Below, piece after piece: positions 12,861 to 25,230 of a stretch of DNA of 64,000 nt (position 1 is its first letter; every line of letters begins with the position of its first letter). Made by a program: the position numbers and the translations under genes. The stretch spans positions 540,056 to 604,055 of the forward strand of contig MU058669.1 in the NCBI GenBank assembly GCA_013265495.1. The letters run 5' to 3'. A model generated the notes under the pieces. The model did no database searches. It had not been told where the DNA came from and saw only the letters and a program-made list of their open reading frames with translations. Source of the stretch: Vicugna vicugna. Lineage: Eukaryota.

Positions 12861-15800
12861 TGTTGAAGGTCCTTTCACATGCTAAAATCTACACCTTACA
12901 GCAAAACCATTATTAAAGATAAGTAAAACACTTATTTGGAATACCATGCAACCATTTAAAAACCTTGGAGGAGAGAGAGGAAACACCATCATGTAATTTC
13001 AGTCTTAAACTGTGAATCGCACACTTTTCTTTTTCTCATTGCACGTAAATATTTTACAATAATACAGATCTTTAAGCCAAACCATGATACTACATTTGTT
13101 TTTATGTGTCCTGAGTAGAGAACCGTTGTTGTGATCTATCTAGCCTGTGTTCCCCTTTTTGGAGCTTTGCCTTCTTGGGACCAGGAGGAAGTCAACCCAT
13201 TGGCTGACTAAGAAGAATCTTGTTTTTGGAATTTGGATTGAGACACTGTGCGATAGGGCCATTTGAGGAAGAGCAGGTACAAAGGGACTGAGGCAACAGG
13301 TTACAGAAAAGACAACAAGGATGGAGAAGGGAAAGAGAGTGTGGTAGCAGAAGGCGGGGGCGGGGTGGCAGCGATGCTGGTGGCGGAAGAATTGCAGAGG
13401 GGAAGAGGGAGACTCACATGTGCCGCTCTGGCCCAGACAGAATTCTACTTCCTGGCTCCAATATGACTTTGTTTTTTTTTTAAAGCTATTAAAACTACAA
13501 AATTGAAGGCTGAGTATGCAAACAATAAAGGAAATGGAGAAATGGTTAGGTGGGGAAAAAAAATTAAGTTTAGCAAAAGTGACTGAACTGTGACTGTAGC
13601 TACCAGGAGACCCTCACCATGGATTTTCAGCTCCTCCCCTCCCCCGGAGCAAGGCGCACCAACTGCCCCTGTGGCCAAGACTTGCAGTTCCTGTTCTGTA
13701 CAGACACAGCCATTTGCCTCTGCTAGAAGTTTATAGAGAAATCTACAAGACAGGGATTAAAAAATACTATGAACACTGTAAAACTGCTCTTACGTCAAAG
13801 GTGGCAGAAGCAGCCTGGTACACTGATTTCACGCCAGGAGAGCAGCAGGCTCCGTAATATCCTTATATGCCCAGTCAATAAAGGCAGGCTCAGCCTGGGC
13901 ACTTCATACTCATACCACGGGCATCCTGAACACAAAGGACTTCTAGTCTGAGCTACTAAGAGACACAACCCATTTGCAGAGAAGAGGCCGTTGAGCATTT
14001 GGGAGAGAAAACACTGGCAAAGGTATGTGTCCAAGATGACAGAAGCAGAAAAAAAGAGTGAGGGAACAAATCACCCTTGGGATCAGGATACCCTTGACTT
14101 ATCTCTTCACACCAAATGTCCTCTTACTTAAGTCAGCGTGGATTGCTTTTACTTGCAACAAAAACTACATTGACTACGACCTTTCTACTCGTTCTGGAGT
14201 AATGACTGTAAAACAACTCAGCTAACTCAGGGGCCCATCATGCACATGCAATACTGGGCACTGCAAGGGATGCTCAGATGAATTAGAACACTGTCCCAAA
14301 CCCTCAGGAATTTACAAGCCAGCCTGGAAGGCAGGGCCAGAAATAGCTGACTATATACAAGTTGGTGTGAGAAGTACTGAAGAGAATAATTGTGCTGTGA
14401 ATGCAAAAAAGAAAGGAATTTTCTTGAATTTTAGGAATGCAATTCCCTTTAACTTTGGGACTACCCATAATATCACGCCTGCTATCTGAATGCAGCAGCT
14501 GACATATGGAGGCTATGAAGAAAGAGTTTAAAAAGGAAAATCAAAGCGCCATCTTCATGTAAACAGTTAAAAAGGGCTATGCTATGCTTGTAAAGTTACT
14601 TGGTAGAATTTTTTATTACCTTTCTTCAGCATGAATAACAGGAAAGTGTGATATTCAAGTTTAATCTAACTCCTTTTTCATTTTTTAGGTACAGTAAAAT
14701 GAAAGCTTTCCTAGGATCATGAATAATCAGAACTGTAGATGATTTTACCCTACAGAACCATCCTGGATATTGGCTATATCATTAAAAAATAAAAAGAAAG
14801 AAAAAAAAAAGAAAGAAAAGCACTTAAGCTGTCATCCCTAACAGATTGCCTTGTTGCTGCTCCTGCCAACTTCTGAGAGAAGAAATATTTCCATTCTGTT
14901 CCAATTCTCAACAGAAGTAAATAAGGAAGTAATGTGGCTGATTTCCGTTCTCGTGGCTCAATATTAAGTTGGCGGAGGAACCTGCTGTTTGCAGAAATAG
15001 TTCTGAGATAACTCAAAGGGAGGAAAAACAGTGATGCCCAGATGATATTGGTTTTTGCTCCAAGTATACTGGGATATTAATGCCTCACTCTCCATAATTA
15101 AATGTGTTAGAGGCTGTATTTACAGTTCATCCACTCTTCTCTGCCTGCACTCTTACACTTGAAAAATGGAGAAGTTCCCCTATACTCAGCACACAAACGG
15201 TCAAAGTGGCATTCTGAATTGGCAAAGGAGAGAAAAAGCAAATGAAGAGCAGACTGTTAGCACTCTTCTGTGCTTTGCAGAGAACAAACATAAAGCTGTT
15301 CTGCTTATACTCAAGCATTATATAGGGATCTGTAACATTAAAAGGTTAATAATATTCAAACAGAAATCACCATTTTGAGGGCCATTTCCCAAAAAGTTTC
15401 TAATTAAAATAGCCCTAGTGCTCCCAATAGTATCTTGGAGCCATCACACACCTCATCACTGGCATTTAGGCACTCAGCTCAAACTTCAACATACTTTCTG
15501 GCACACTGAGAAACATCTGCATTTGCTGGAGCTTTGCTTCAAACCCAGGATTATTATACTCTTGACTTTTATCCTTTTTGCCATAAGCATTTGCTGAAGC
15601 CACACAAAGACAACGATGTAACAGGCTTAGATTTATGATCTCCTTGTCCTTTGTTTTTCTCCATAGTCTGAAAAATCCCCCAAAATCTCAAACTTGGTAT
15701 AACTAAAGTAACTCCTCACTCTCAGCCTCAGATCTACCCGACCAGCACATATACAGCATGGATGATAGCCATAAATACAATTCTTCCAGTTTTGCAAGAT

Positions 15801-16775
15801 CACACTTAAACAGTATTATCATGGTTGTGTGGTCAGGAGCATGGACTCAAGTTAAGGATGCCTGATCCTATCCCTGGCTGAAGCTGTGAGCTCAAGAGCC
15901 TTAGTACACACATCTACTGAATAAAGTTATTAAGAGTAACCACCTCATAGGGTAGTTGTGAGTATTAGATGAACTAATATGGGTACATGGTAAAAACATG
16001 CTTTTATTCTTCTTCTTCTTCTACCTCCTAGATGTTTTTCAATTAAGTCCTACTGTCCTTGCCCTAGGTCACAGCCCTTTTACCTTACTTGGGTACCACA
16101 CTACTCTTATAAATGGGTCTCCTGAACTCCAATTATATCCCTTTGATGTCCCATACACTGCTCCCCTCACAATTGGTCCTAAACACAAATCTAAGAAAGT
16201 TAAGGCAATTTTAAAATCCACTGGTTATTTTCCACTTCCCATGAGATAAGTTTCAAATTCTAGTCTAGTAACCACAATTCACCAGGAATAAACTCAGTTG
16301 GCAGAACAGAAGCAGCTAGATAGAGCCCAGCTGTGCCTGCAGGCACAATAACTGCTTGCTAAAAAATGAATGGATTTAGAAGTCAAGTTTGGTTTTTAGT
16401 TACACCTCTGTCACTAATTAGCTATGACCTCTAGTGGTCTTAGGTTCCTCAGCTTCAGACTGATTATCAATCCTCTCTGCTTAAATCCTACAGTTTTTCC
16501 AGCTTCCCCGTCATGATTCAAAGTCTTAACTACATCTATTTTTCTCTCTATTCTTTTCACTTTAAAGTTCTGGTTCTAGTTGTTCTTTCTGCTTGAAACT
16601 TCCTGCCCTCCTCCCCACCCATCTTCCTGGGGAAATCTGACCTTCTGTACAATATCCAACTCACTTCTCACCTAAGCTCTCATTTTTACCCTCTTAATTT
16701 GGGATGAATTTCTTTTGCTCTGTCAGTCCCCTAGTACACTGAGAGTACTCGATGGTAAGACAGTTTCCTTTTTTT

Positions 16776-17226
16776 TTTTCCCATTTTTTAAACTGAAGTA
16801 TAATCAGTTTACACTGTTGTGTGAATTTCTGGTGTACAGCATATATGTTTCAGTCATACATATACATACATATATTCCTTTTCATTTCTTTTTCACTATA
16901 GGTTACTACAAGATATTGAATATAGTTCCCTGTGCTATACAGTATAAACTTGTTTATCTATCCTACATATAGTAGTTAGTATATGCAAATTTCAAACTCC
17001 CAATTTATCACTTCCCACCCCCTTTTCCCCCTAGTAACCATGTTCGTTTTCTATGTCTGTGAGTCTGTTTCTGTTTTGTAAGTAAATTCACTTGTGTCCT
17101 TTTATTTATATTCCACATATAAGTGATAGCATATGGTATTTTTCTTTCTCTTTCTTGATTACTTCACTTAGAATGATGATATCCAGGTCCATTCATGTTG
17201 CTGCAAATGGTATTATTTTATTCTTT
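16776..17226 (-). mobile_element. Young 5'-truncated L1 3' end with perfect target-site duplication
   Basis: Poly(T) head and L1 3'UTR motifs ('tagttccctgtgctatacagta', 'ggtccattcatgttgctgcaaatgg'). TSD gacagtttccttttttt at 16759-16775 and 17227-17243. Confidence 0.85.
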
Positions 17227-17343
17227 GACAGTTTCCTTTTTTTATCAGTTGTCTGTTTGTCCAAAAGACTGTAAGCTTACTAATGACAGAATCTAAAAAC
17301 CTTAGTCCTTGATCTAAGATTGGACTCAACATTCTGAATTCAG

Positions 17344-17479
17344 GGGAGGAGGGTATAGCTCAGTGGTAAAGCGCGTGCTTAACATGTACGAGGTTCTGGG
17401 TTCAACTGCCATTACTGCCATTAAATGAATAAATAAAGAAACAAACAAACCTAATTACCTCCCCCCTCCAAAAAAATAT
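17344..17479 (+). mobile_element. tRNA-Ala-derived SINE (camelid Vic-1-like)
   Basis: A box 'tagctcagtgg', B-box-like 'ggttcaactg', (AAAT/AAAC)n and A tail. 16-bp TSD aacatt(c/t)tgaattcag at 17328-17343 and 17480-17495. Confidence 0.85.
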
Positions 17480-17654
17480 AACATTTTGAATTCAGACACT
17501 TATTAACGTTGTAGTCAGAACGGTACCTGCTACAAACTTCTTAATGACTTTTCAGTCGCGGGCTCTGGAAATTGTTAGGGAGAGATATGATGACATGAAA
17601 ACAGCTGTTAAAATTTTAGTGGGCAGACCACCCTAGAGTGAATTCAATCTATAA

Positions 17655-18225
17655 CTGGTTTTCTCAAACTGCAATTATTAGACCACTTACATCAAATTAA
17701 TCTGTGCTTGTTAAAGATGAAGATTTCTTGGCTCCACTCTGATTTACCAATTTGGCATCTCTAAGGGTGAGGCCTGGGCATCTGCATTTTTAATGTGCAT
17801 GTAGTTTTAATGACTTACAAACCAAGCCCATGTATCTTTTGATTGTCATAATCATACTCTAATTCAGTGATTCTCAAAGTGTGGCACAAGAGCCTCTGCG
17901 GGTCCCTGAGACCTTTTCAAAATGATTTCATAATAATACTAGAACATTATTTGTCTTTTTCACTCTCATTCTCACACAGTACGGTACAATTTTCTAGAGG
18001 CTACATAATGAATGACATCACAAGAGAATGAATGCAGAAGGAGACAGAAATGCTATTTATGTTAACATGCACTGAATTTATCATTTTAAATAAATAACTT
18101 AAAAAATTATTTTGATATCTAAAATGGTACACGTTGACAGATAAAACTCACACAAATAAAAACTCTTTGATGTTCCCAATAGGTTTTAAAAGTGTCAAGG
18201 GATGCTAAGACCAAAAATTTGAATG
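17655..18225. mobile_element. Adjacent hAT-Charlie relics (MER5-like, then Charlie-like from ~17866)
   Basis: 'ctggttttctcaaact' and 'cagtgattctcaaagtgtgg' TIR-like starts; MER5 core 'ctgcatttttaa'. Confidence 0.5.
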
Positions 18226-19307
18226 CTTTTAGTTATCATTATTATCAGCAGTACTTTAAAGATAAGCTTAAGACACAGTTAAGCAGCTTAATGACATTCT
18301 AGTCTTAAACCCCAAATTTTATAAACTTTCCATTACAAAAGAAAATCAGAGGAAAGTACCTATTTTATACATATATAATGTTTTTGGTTTTTTTGGAATA
18401 GGTCGTTTTTAACATGCTCACAGGTGATACTGATGTCCCTAAATTTAAAGACCCACCATCTGAAGGGTTTTAGGAAGAGACTGTGTTTAGACATCAAAAT
18501 GATAATTCTGAAAGCATTAAATGAAGTTGGCATTGGGTTCTTAAAAGGCCAGGTCCCTTCTCTGGGACTTAGTTTTTCACATCTATTCAATGAGGGTGTC
18601 TCTAATGCTCTTCTGGCGCTCAGTTCGGGTTTCATGCATTCCCACTGCTCAAGGGCAACAGAAGAGGTACATCTTTTTGATCAGGAGTCAGGAGTAAGCT
18701 AAAGTCATAAATTAGAGCATGTCACTCTTCTGCATAGAAACGTTCAATGCTTTTCCAATGCTCTTCAAAAAAAAAAAATCAAAATCCTTGTCCTGGCTCA
18801 CCAACTCTACAAAATTTGCCCAGTTTAAGCCTCTTGCCTCATCTTCCTCTTTTTGCTCCATTCACAGTGGCCTTCTTCCTCTTTCTTGACCAGACTGTTT
18901 GTTTCCAGGAAAAGGCGTTTGCACTTGCTATTCCTTCTGCTTCTAATACTCATCTCTAGATTTTCCTAAGGTTTACTTCTTCGCTTCGCTGTCACTTTAT
19001 TCTGTCTAATTTTCTCTAAAGCACTCACTACTACGTGGGCCTCGTCCACTAGGACGTCAACTGCCTGAGAACAAGGCTACTGTCGCTCGTAAACCAGTGT
19101 GTCCCAAGCACCCAGGGTAGTGCCTGACAAGTAGGTGGTGCTCAGTAAATATACGATGTCCGAACTTCGGCAGCTCAGGCCAGACCTTCAAAAGGGCCGT
19201 GGATACTCTACCTTCCTTCACGTCATACCCCGACCCACCACCCAAACCCACGCCTCGGCACCCTCAGTGCCTCCCGCAGTAGCGACCCCCAACAAGCCCC
19301 AACTCAC

Positions 19308-19360
19308 CAGACGAGCGCCGAGCTTTTTCCGGCCGAACTGGCTGCTTGACCCGGAAGTTC
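19308..19360 (-). other. MFAP3: MFAP3 non-coding exon 1 (TSS approximate)
   Basis: Strong minus-strand donor CTG|gtgagt at 19308/19307 inside the CpG island. Confidence 0.7.
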
Positions 19361-19399
19361 TCTCGAGTAGGCGAGGCTGCCTCCGCCCTGAAGGAGGAC

Positions 19400-19441
19400 T
19401 TCCGGGGCAATAGGAGCGGCTTTTCGGCGGCTGTGGCGGCG
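19400..19441 (+). other. FAM114A2: FAM114A2 non-coding exon 1 (TSS approximate; alternative donor at 19568/19569)
   Basis: Donor GCG|gtgagg at 19441/19442; second candidate ACG|gtgagg at 19568/19569. Confidence 0.6.
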
Positions 19442-20576
19442 GTGAGGGTGGCGGTCGGTTGGATGAGGGGCTTCCCCTGAGGAGGAGGGCTGGGTGCGGG
19501 GTCCAGGGGTCGCCGAGGAAGGGGAGGCAGTTGCCCCGGGCTGGGCGGCGGGCGCCTCGCGGTGGACGGTGAGGCTACGGAAGCGCTTTGGTTATTGAAG
19601 CGCTACGCTTGTGTGAGGAATTCTTGTCGCCGTCAGCGTCAGAAACTTAGGAGAGCGCGTTTACACCAGATTTCCCCTTTGGCACCTGTTCGTGTAATTT
19701 GAAAGAGGGGAGAGCGGATTTTCTTTGTGTGGAGACATACCTTTTTGTTAATAACGAGAGTAACGAAACGACCACTTCGTACCAACAGCAGCTGATACCC
19801 GTGTGCGGTTATGTGCCGGGCTCAGTTTCAAACCCCTCACATCCACCGTGTCGTTTCGTCTTTTTAGGACCTCTGGCAAGTAGGCATTACTCACCGCATT
19901 TTCCAGATGGGGAAGCGGAGACGCAGATAGGTGAACTAACTTCCCACAATCTCTGCAGTACGGAATTGGGAGAAAGTCAGTTTAATTCCAGAGCCCTTTA
20001 TATTATTATTTATTATATTATGTATAACTTAGGATGATGATGGTAGCTTGTAACTTGGAGACAGCATAAGGAGAACGAGAAGTTATTTTTTAAAAAAGCG
20101 TGTATTTATTCAACTACACAAAACGTGTACTGAACTTTGTGTGAGAACTGTGTAATATTTCTTATTAGGCTTCTATAGTAAGTGGCGAGGAAATTGTCTT
20201 AAATTAGTTCTCAATCGCCAGAGCTTGGTATGTAATAGATACTCAAAAAATGTTTTCAAGTAAATAAGTGAGTATATCGGAGTTGATTTGTATGCAATGG
20301 GTAGTTGTATCTAGATTGTTTTTTTCTATGTGTTTTGGAAATGTATAATGTATGTATATCATACACCATATGGTCTAGGATCCATGGTGTTACATAAACC
20401 CACTTTTCTAGCCTTATGCCTCCTTACTATTCTCCTTGCCATTTTAATTACTTCTAGTGTCTGTCCATATTCCATGCTGTCAAACCTCAGACCTTTGAGC
20501 TTTCCCACATGTTGCCACACCCTTCAGTTCTCTCATTGGCATCTTCATATGTCAAAATTCTAAGAGCCCTTTAAAG

Positions 20577-20912
20577 CAGGTGTTGCAAACTCAGATGCCC
20601 ACAGGGGCTAATCAGGTGACATAAATGAGGCAGGTGGATTTAGGTGGAGACTATGGGGAGCTAGAGAACGCTACCCTGTCTAAAAGATCCCAGCAACTGT
20701 TTGGCATGAGCTAGTTATTACCAAGTTGAATGTGGGCCCAGTGTTGCCAAATCTTTCAATTTTACAAGAGAAATTGGAAGTTATTTGTGTATATGAAGTC
20801 TGATTTTTAAATGTTAGCAATTAGTTTTTTAAAAAAAGTTTAAACACTCTACAGCCCAAATAAAAACATCTGTAGGCTAAATTTGGACTCAAAATTCCAG
20901 TTCGTGGTCACT
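20577..20912. mobile_element. MER102-like hAT-Charlie element
   Basis: Starts 'caggtgttgcaaactcagatgcccacagggg'; internal 'gttgccaaatctttcaattttacaagagaa'. Confidence 0.55.
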
Positions 20913-21432
20913 ATTATATGCTCATTTCAGATATTTAAAGTCCATGAATGTTATTTCCTGATCTAGACTTTTCCTTCCTCTCTGTTCTTTTAACATTTTG
21001 TGTGTACCTCAATTATAGTCCTACTTCCAGGCTGCCTTAGTTGTTAGTATGTTTCTCTCTTCTAGTAGGTTAGAAACGTTGTGATGGATTGGGTCTAATT
21101 CTGCACTTAGTATATGGTACAGAATATGTGCTTATACATACCCATAGTCTGGATGGGCATGTGTGTGTATGTATGTGTGAGATGTATTTATTTCTTCCCA
21201 GCAATATTTGGTTATCCTGGAAACCAGCATCTGCTCTTTGTAAAAACACCAGTAGTATCTTGGCTTTAATTGCCAAAGAGCTGTACTTCTGGAAGGAATT
21301 GAATTGGTTAACATTGCTATTCACAAGCTGGTCTGATTTCAGTCTTATTTTGATAGCTTAAATTTCATAATTTTCTCTTTGAAAAATTGAAGTAGGAATG
21401 ATTCATGACTAATATGTTTCTTTAAATGATAG

Positions 21433-22640
21433 TCAATTAAAGGAAAAGTTGATAAATTGGACCTCATTGAAATTAAAAACTTTGGCTCTGCGGAAAACCC
21501 TTTGAAGAGGATGAAAAGATAAGCTACAAACTGGGATAAAATATTTACACCACATATTTGACAAAGGACTTGAATCTAGAATGTAAAAAGAGCTCTCAAG
21601 ACTCAACAGTTTAAAAAAAATTTCAATTAGAAAATGAGCAAAATATCCAAATAGGTATTTCCCTGAAGAGAACATACAGATGGCAAATAAGCACATGAAA
21701 AGATGTTCAAAATCATTAGCAATTATAGATAGCTATAACCATCTAGCCATAGCCAGAGAAATGCACCTTAAAGCACCTTAAAGCCATAGTAAGATATCCT
21801 AACACACCTATTATAGTAGTTCACATAAAAAAATAACACTGCCAAATGCTTATAAAAATGAAGAAAAACTTGATCACTCGTACATTGCTGGTGGGAATGT
21901 AAAATGGTACAGCTACTTTGGAAAAGAGTATGGCAGTTTCTTATAAAATTAAACAAGTTCTGTCAATTGCACTGTGGTCATTTATTTCAGGGAAATGAGA
22001 ATTTATATTCCCATAAAACCCTCTGTAGGAATGTTCACAGCCATTTCATTTGTAGTAGCCCTAAACTAGAAACAGCCCAGACATCCTTCAGCATGTAAAT
22101 GGTTAAACAACTGAGATACATCCACACCAAGGAACACTAGTCAGCAATAGAAAGGGAGAAACTACTGATAACCAAAACAACTTGGGTGGATCTTGAGGAG
22201 CTTAATGCTAACTGAAAAAAGTTAATCTCAAAAGGTTACATGCTGTATGATTGCATTTATACAACATCTTGAAATTACAAAATTATATAGATGGAGAATA
22301 TCAGTGGTTGCTATGGGTTTAGGAGGAAGGTGGAATGTGTCTAAAAATATATAACACAAGGTATCTTTGTAATTGAATTGTTCTGTATCCTGATTGTGGT
22401 AACGGTCACATGAGTCTGCATGTGGTAAAATTTCATAGAACTAATTACACAAGCACAAATGAGTGCATGTAAAACTCCTGAAATCTGAATAAGGTTGGTG
22501 GATTTTATCCATATCCTAGTTGTGATGCGCTATAGTTGCACAAATCGTTACCTTGTGGAAACTGAGTAAAGAGTATATTAGGGCTCTGTATTATTTCTTA
22601 AACCTGCATGTGAATCTACGATAATCTAAAAAAGTTTAAA
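21433..22640 (+). mobile_element. Ancient L1 (L1M-type) ORF2 end and 3'UTR
   Basis: Canonical motifs 'cagatggcaaataagcacatgaaaagatgttca' and 'cattgctggtgggaatgtaaaatggtacagctactttggaaa'. Confidence 0.85.
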
Positions 22641-22675
22641 CAAATAACTTATGCCAAAAAAACCTACATTATTAA

Positions 22676-22972
<297 letters not shown>

Positions 22973-23302
22973 TGAGATTGAAAAGTATCAGGGTTAAAAG
23001 GAATTTGGAATCAGTATCAACTTGCAGTTGTTTCTATTTCTTTCCTTTTATAACCAAAAAACACAATTTTGTCAGTTCTGTAAATGCTTTTATGCGTAAT
23101 TGCCTTTGCTATGTGATGCTTATATATATGCAGGTAACATATGTCTGTCAGTCAAGCAGTACCTTTCTTTAGCCAGACAAATACATATTTGTTCACATAT
23201 TTTTTTGGTCAGTAATTATCTACCTTGTATGTGCACTCTTTATTTTCCTCTAATTTTTATTTTTCCTTTGCCTTTTGTTTTTCTGGCTATGGGGGAAAAT
23301 AG

Positions 23303-23419
<117 letters not shown>

Positions 23420-23779
23420 TAATTTTTGTGTGTATTTTGCTACAGATTTGTGTTAAAAATCACTTTGTTAATCTTTTCTCTTCCATACTTACTCAAAGCC
23501 TTTATAGTTTGAGAATGCATTATAATGATCAGTGACTTTATACTGCCACTAGAGTTTGTAGCATTTTCTCATTAGAAGGTTGATATTTAGAAATTGTTAA
23601 TATAAAAATATTCTTTGGTGATAATCTTTTCTTTTTTTTTTTTTTTTGGATAAGGGTACACTCCCAAAGATTAGTTATATGTGGTTAAAATAACATGTCT
23701 TGTGGCTGTCATGAACTTTAAAATCTGCAGATTTGATTTTTGATTTGTTTCTTCACTTTTGGTAAGTAGTAGCAAATGA

Positions 23780-23938
<159 letters not shown>

Positions 23939-24329
23939 TAGATTGATGGAAAAGTTAAGCTCATTTTTCAGTAGATACTTATTGAATGTCTGATATTCAG
24001 GGCATCATGGGACTAGTGAGATAGGGGATTTAGAATCTTTGGCTGACAGAGGTCTATGTCCTTTAACCACTCAGATGTCTCTTCACTTCGCTTTCCTCAT
24101 CTATGAAATGGGATGGTATTTTATATCTCAAAGGACTGTTGTAACCAATAAATAAATAAAGCTATGAACGTGGAATGTAAAAATTGCCCAGCATTGTGCT
24201 TAGCACAGTTGAGTGAGAGCCCAGTAAGGGTTAACTAAACTTGAATCTATTGTGACATAAAAAAATATTTTAATGTGTTAGTTTTGGGGGTGTATTTTTG
24301 TGTTTGGATTATTGTGAAGGTGAAGTTTA

Positions 24330-25230
24330 ATTCTGGAGGCCTGCTTTGATCAAGTAGAATCCTACTCTCACTTAAGCCAAAAAGGGAAGAGTTATGCCCA
24401 GGGATCAAGAGGGCTGGGACCAGAAAATAGAAAGCTTTTTAGGGCCTGAGTTTGCTTTCTCCATCCCTCAGGGACTTTATTGTCTCCCATTCTTGCTTCT
24501 CTCTGCTCATCTGTATTATTCTCCTCTCAGAGCCTCCTGACTTTCTCTGGTTATTGTCCCCCACTTCAGCTCTATAGTGAGTCCTGGTGTAAGTATCCAT
24601 CACAGACTTATTAGCATCATTTATTTCCATTTCTAAATTCCCAGAGCAGAGAATTAACTCAGCCTAAACTTGGGTCACATGTCCATGTGTCAGCAATGGC
24701 CAGGAGACAAGATCCTATTATATAGTGTGACTGCAGAGGACTGTGTATATGACTTGAGGACACCGTTCTTAGTGTCACCTGCATCAGATGCTATGGCTTC
24801 AAGTAACAGAGTATGTGATTAAAAGTGAGTTTTTTTTCTCACTTTAAAGAACTCCAGAAGTTGGCTTTTCCAGAGTTAGTTTTGTGGCTCTTTGGTGTCA
24901 GAGTTCTGCACTGGCTTCTCTACAGTATTTTTTTGTTGCTGTTGTCTTTTTATGGTTGCCAGATAATACCACAGTTCTAAGTATAGTGTTCTAATGTAAC
25001 TGTGATCAAAGTCATAAATTAAGTGGATGGAAAGTGTCATTTCTCTTCATGTATCTCTTTCCTATAAAGAGAGGAAAAGTTTTCCCAGTAGCTCCCAGCA
25101 TATTTTTCAGATTCCATTGGCTAGAACAGGGTTTCATGTTCATGCTGTAGCAGCAGGAGATGCCGGGAGAGTGAGTTTTGGGCATTATCATAAACATCCA
25201 TGGCAGGAGGTAGGCTTATAAGGTAAGGAA
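24330..25230. mobile_element. MaLR (MLT1-like) LTR relics
   Basis: 'cttgggtcacatgtccat', 'cagattccattggctagaacagggtttcatg' and 'caagtaacagag' motifs. Confidence 0.45.

Larger units (their letters stand above)
19190..19680. promoter_or_regulatory. CpG-island bidirectional promoter for MFAP3 (-) and FAM114A2 (+)
   Basis: Only CpG-dense stretch in the window. ETS/GABP motifs CCGGAAGT (19351-19358) and ACTTCCGG (19398-19405), GC box CTCCGCCC (19381-19388), no TATA, divergent splice donors on either side. Confidence 0.9.

Noticed and set aside
17344..17420. Functional tRNA-Ala gene
   Set aside because: Degenerate stems, A-rich tail and TSDs mark it as a SINE.
19135..20037. ORFs of 92 and 112 aa near the promoter
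   Set aside because: Explained by stop-poor GC-rich CpG-island sequence and a MIR-like fragment; no recognisable protein.
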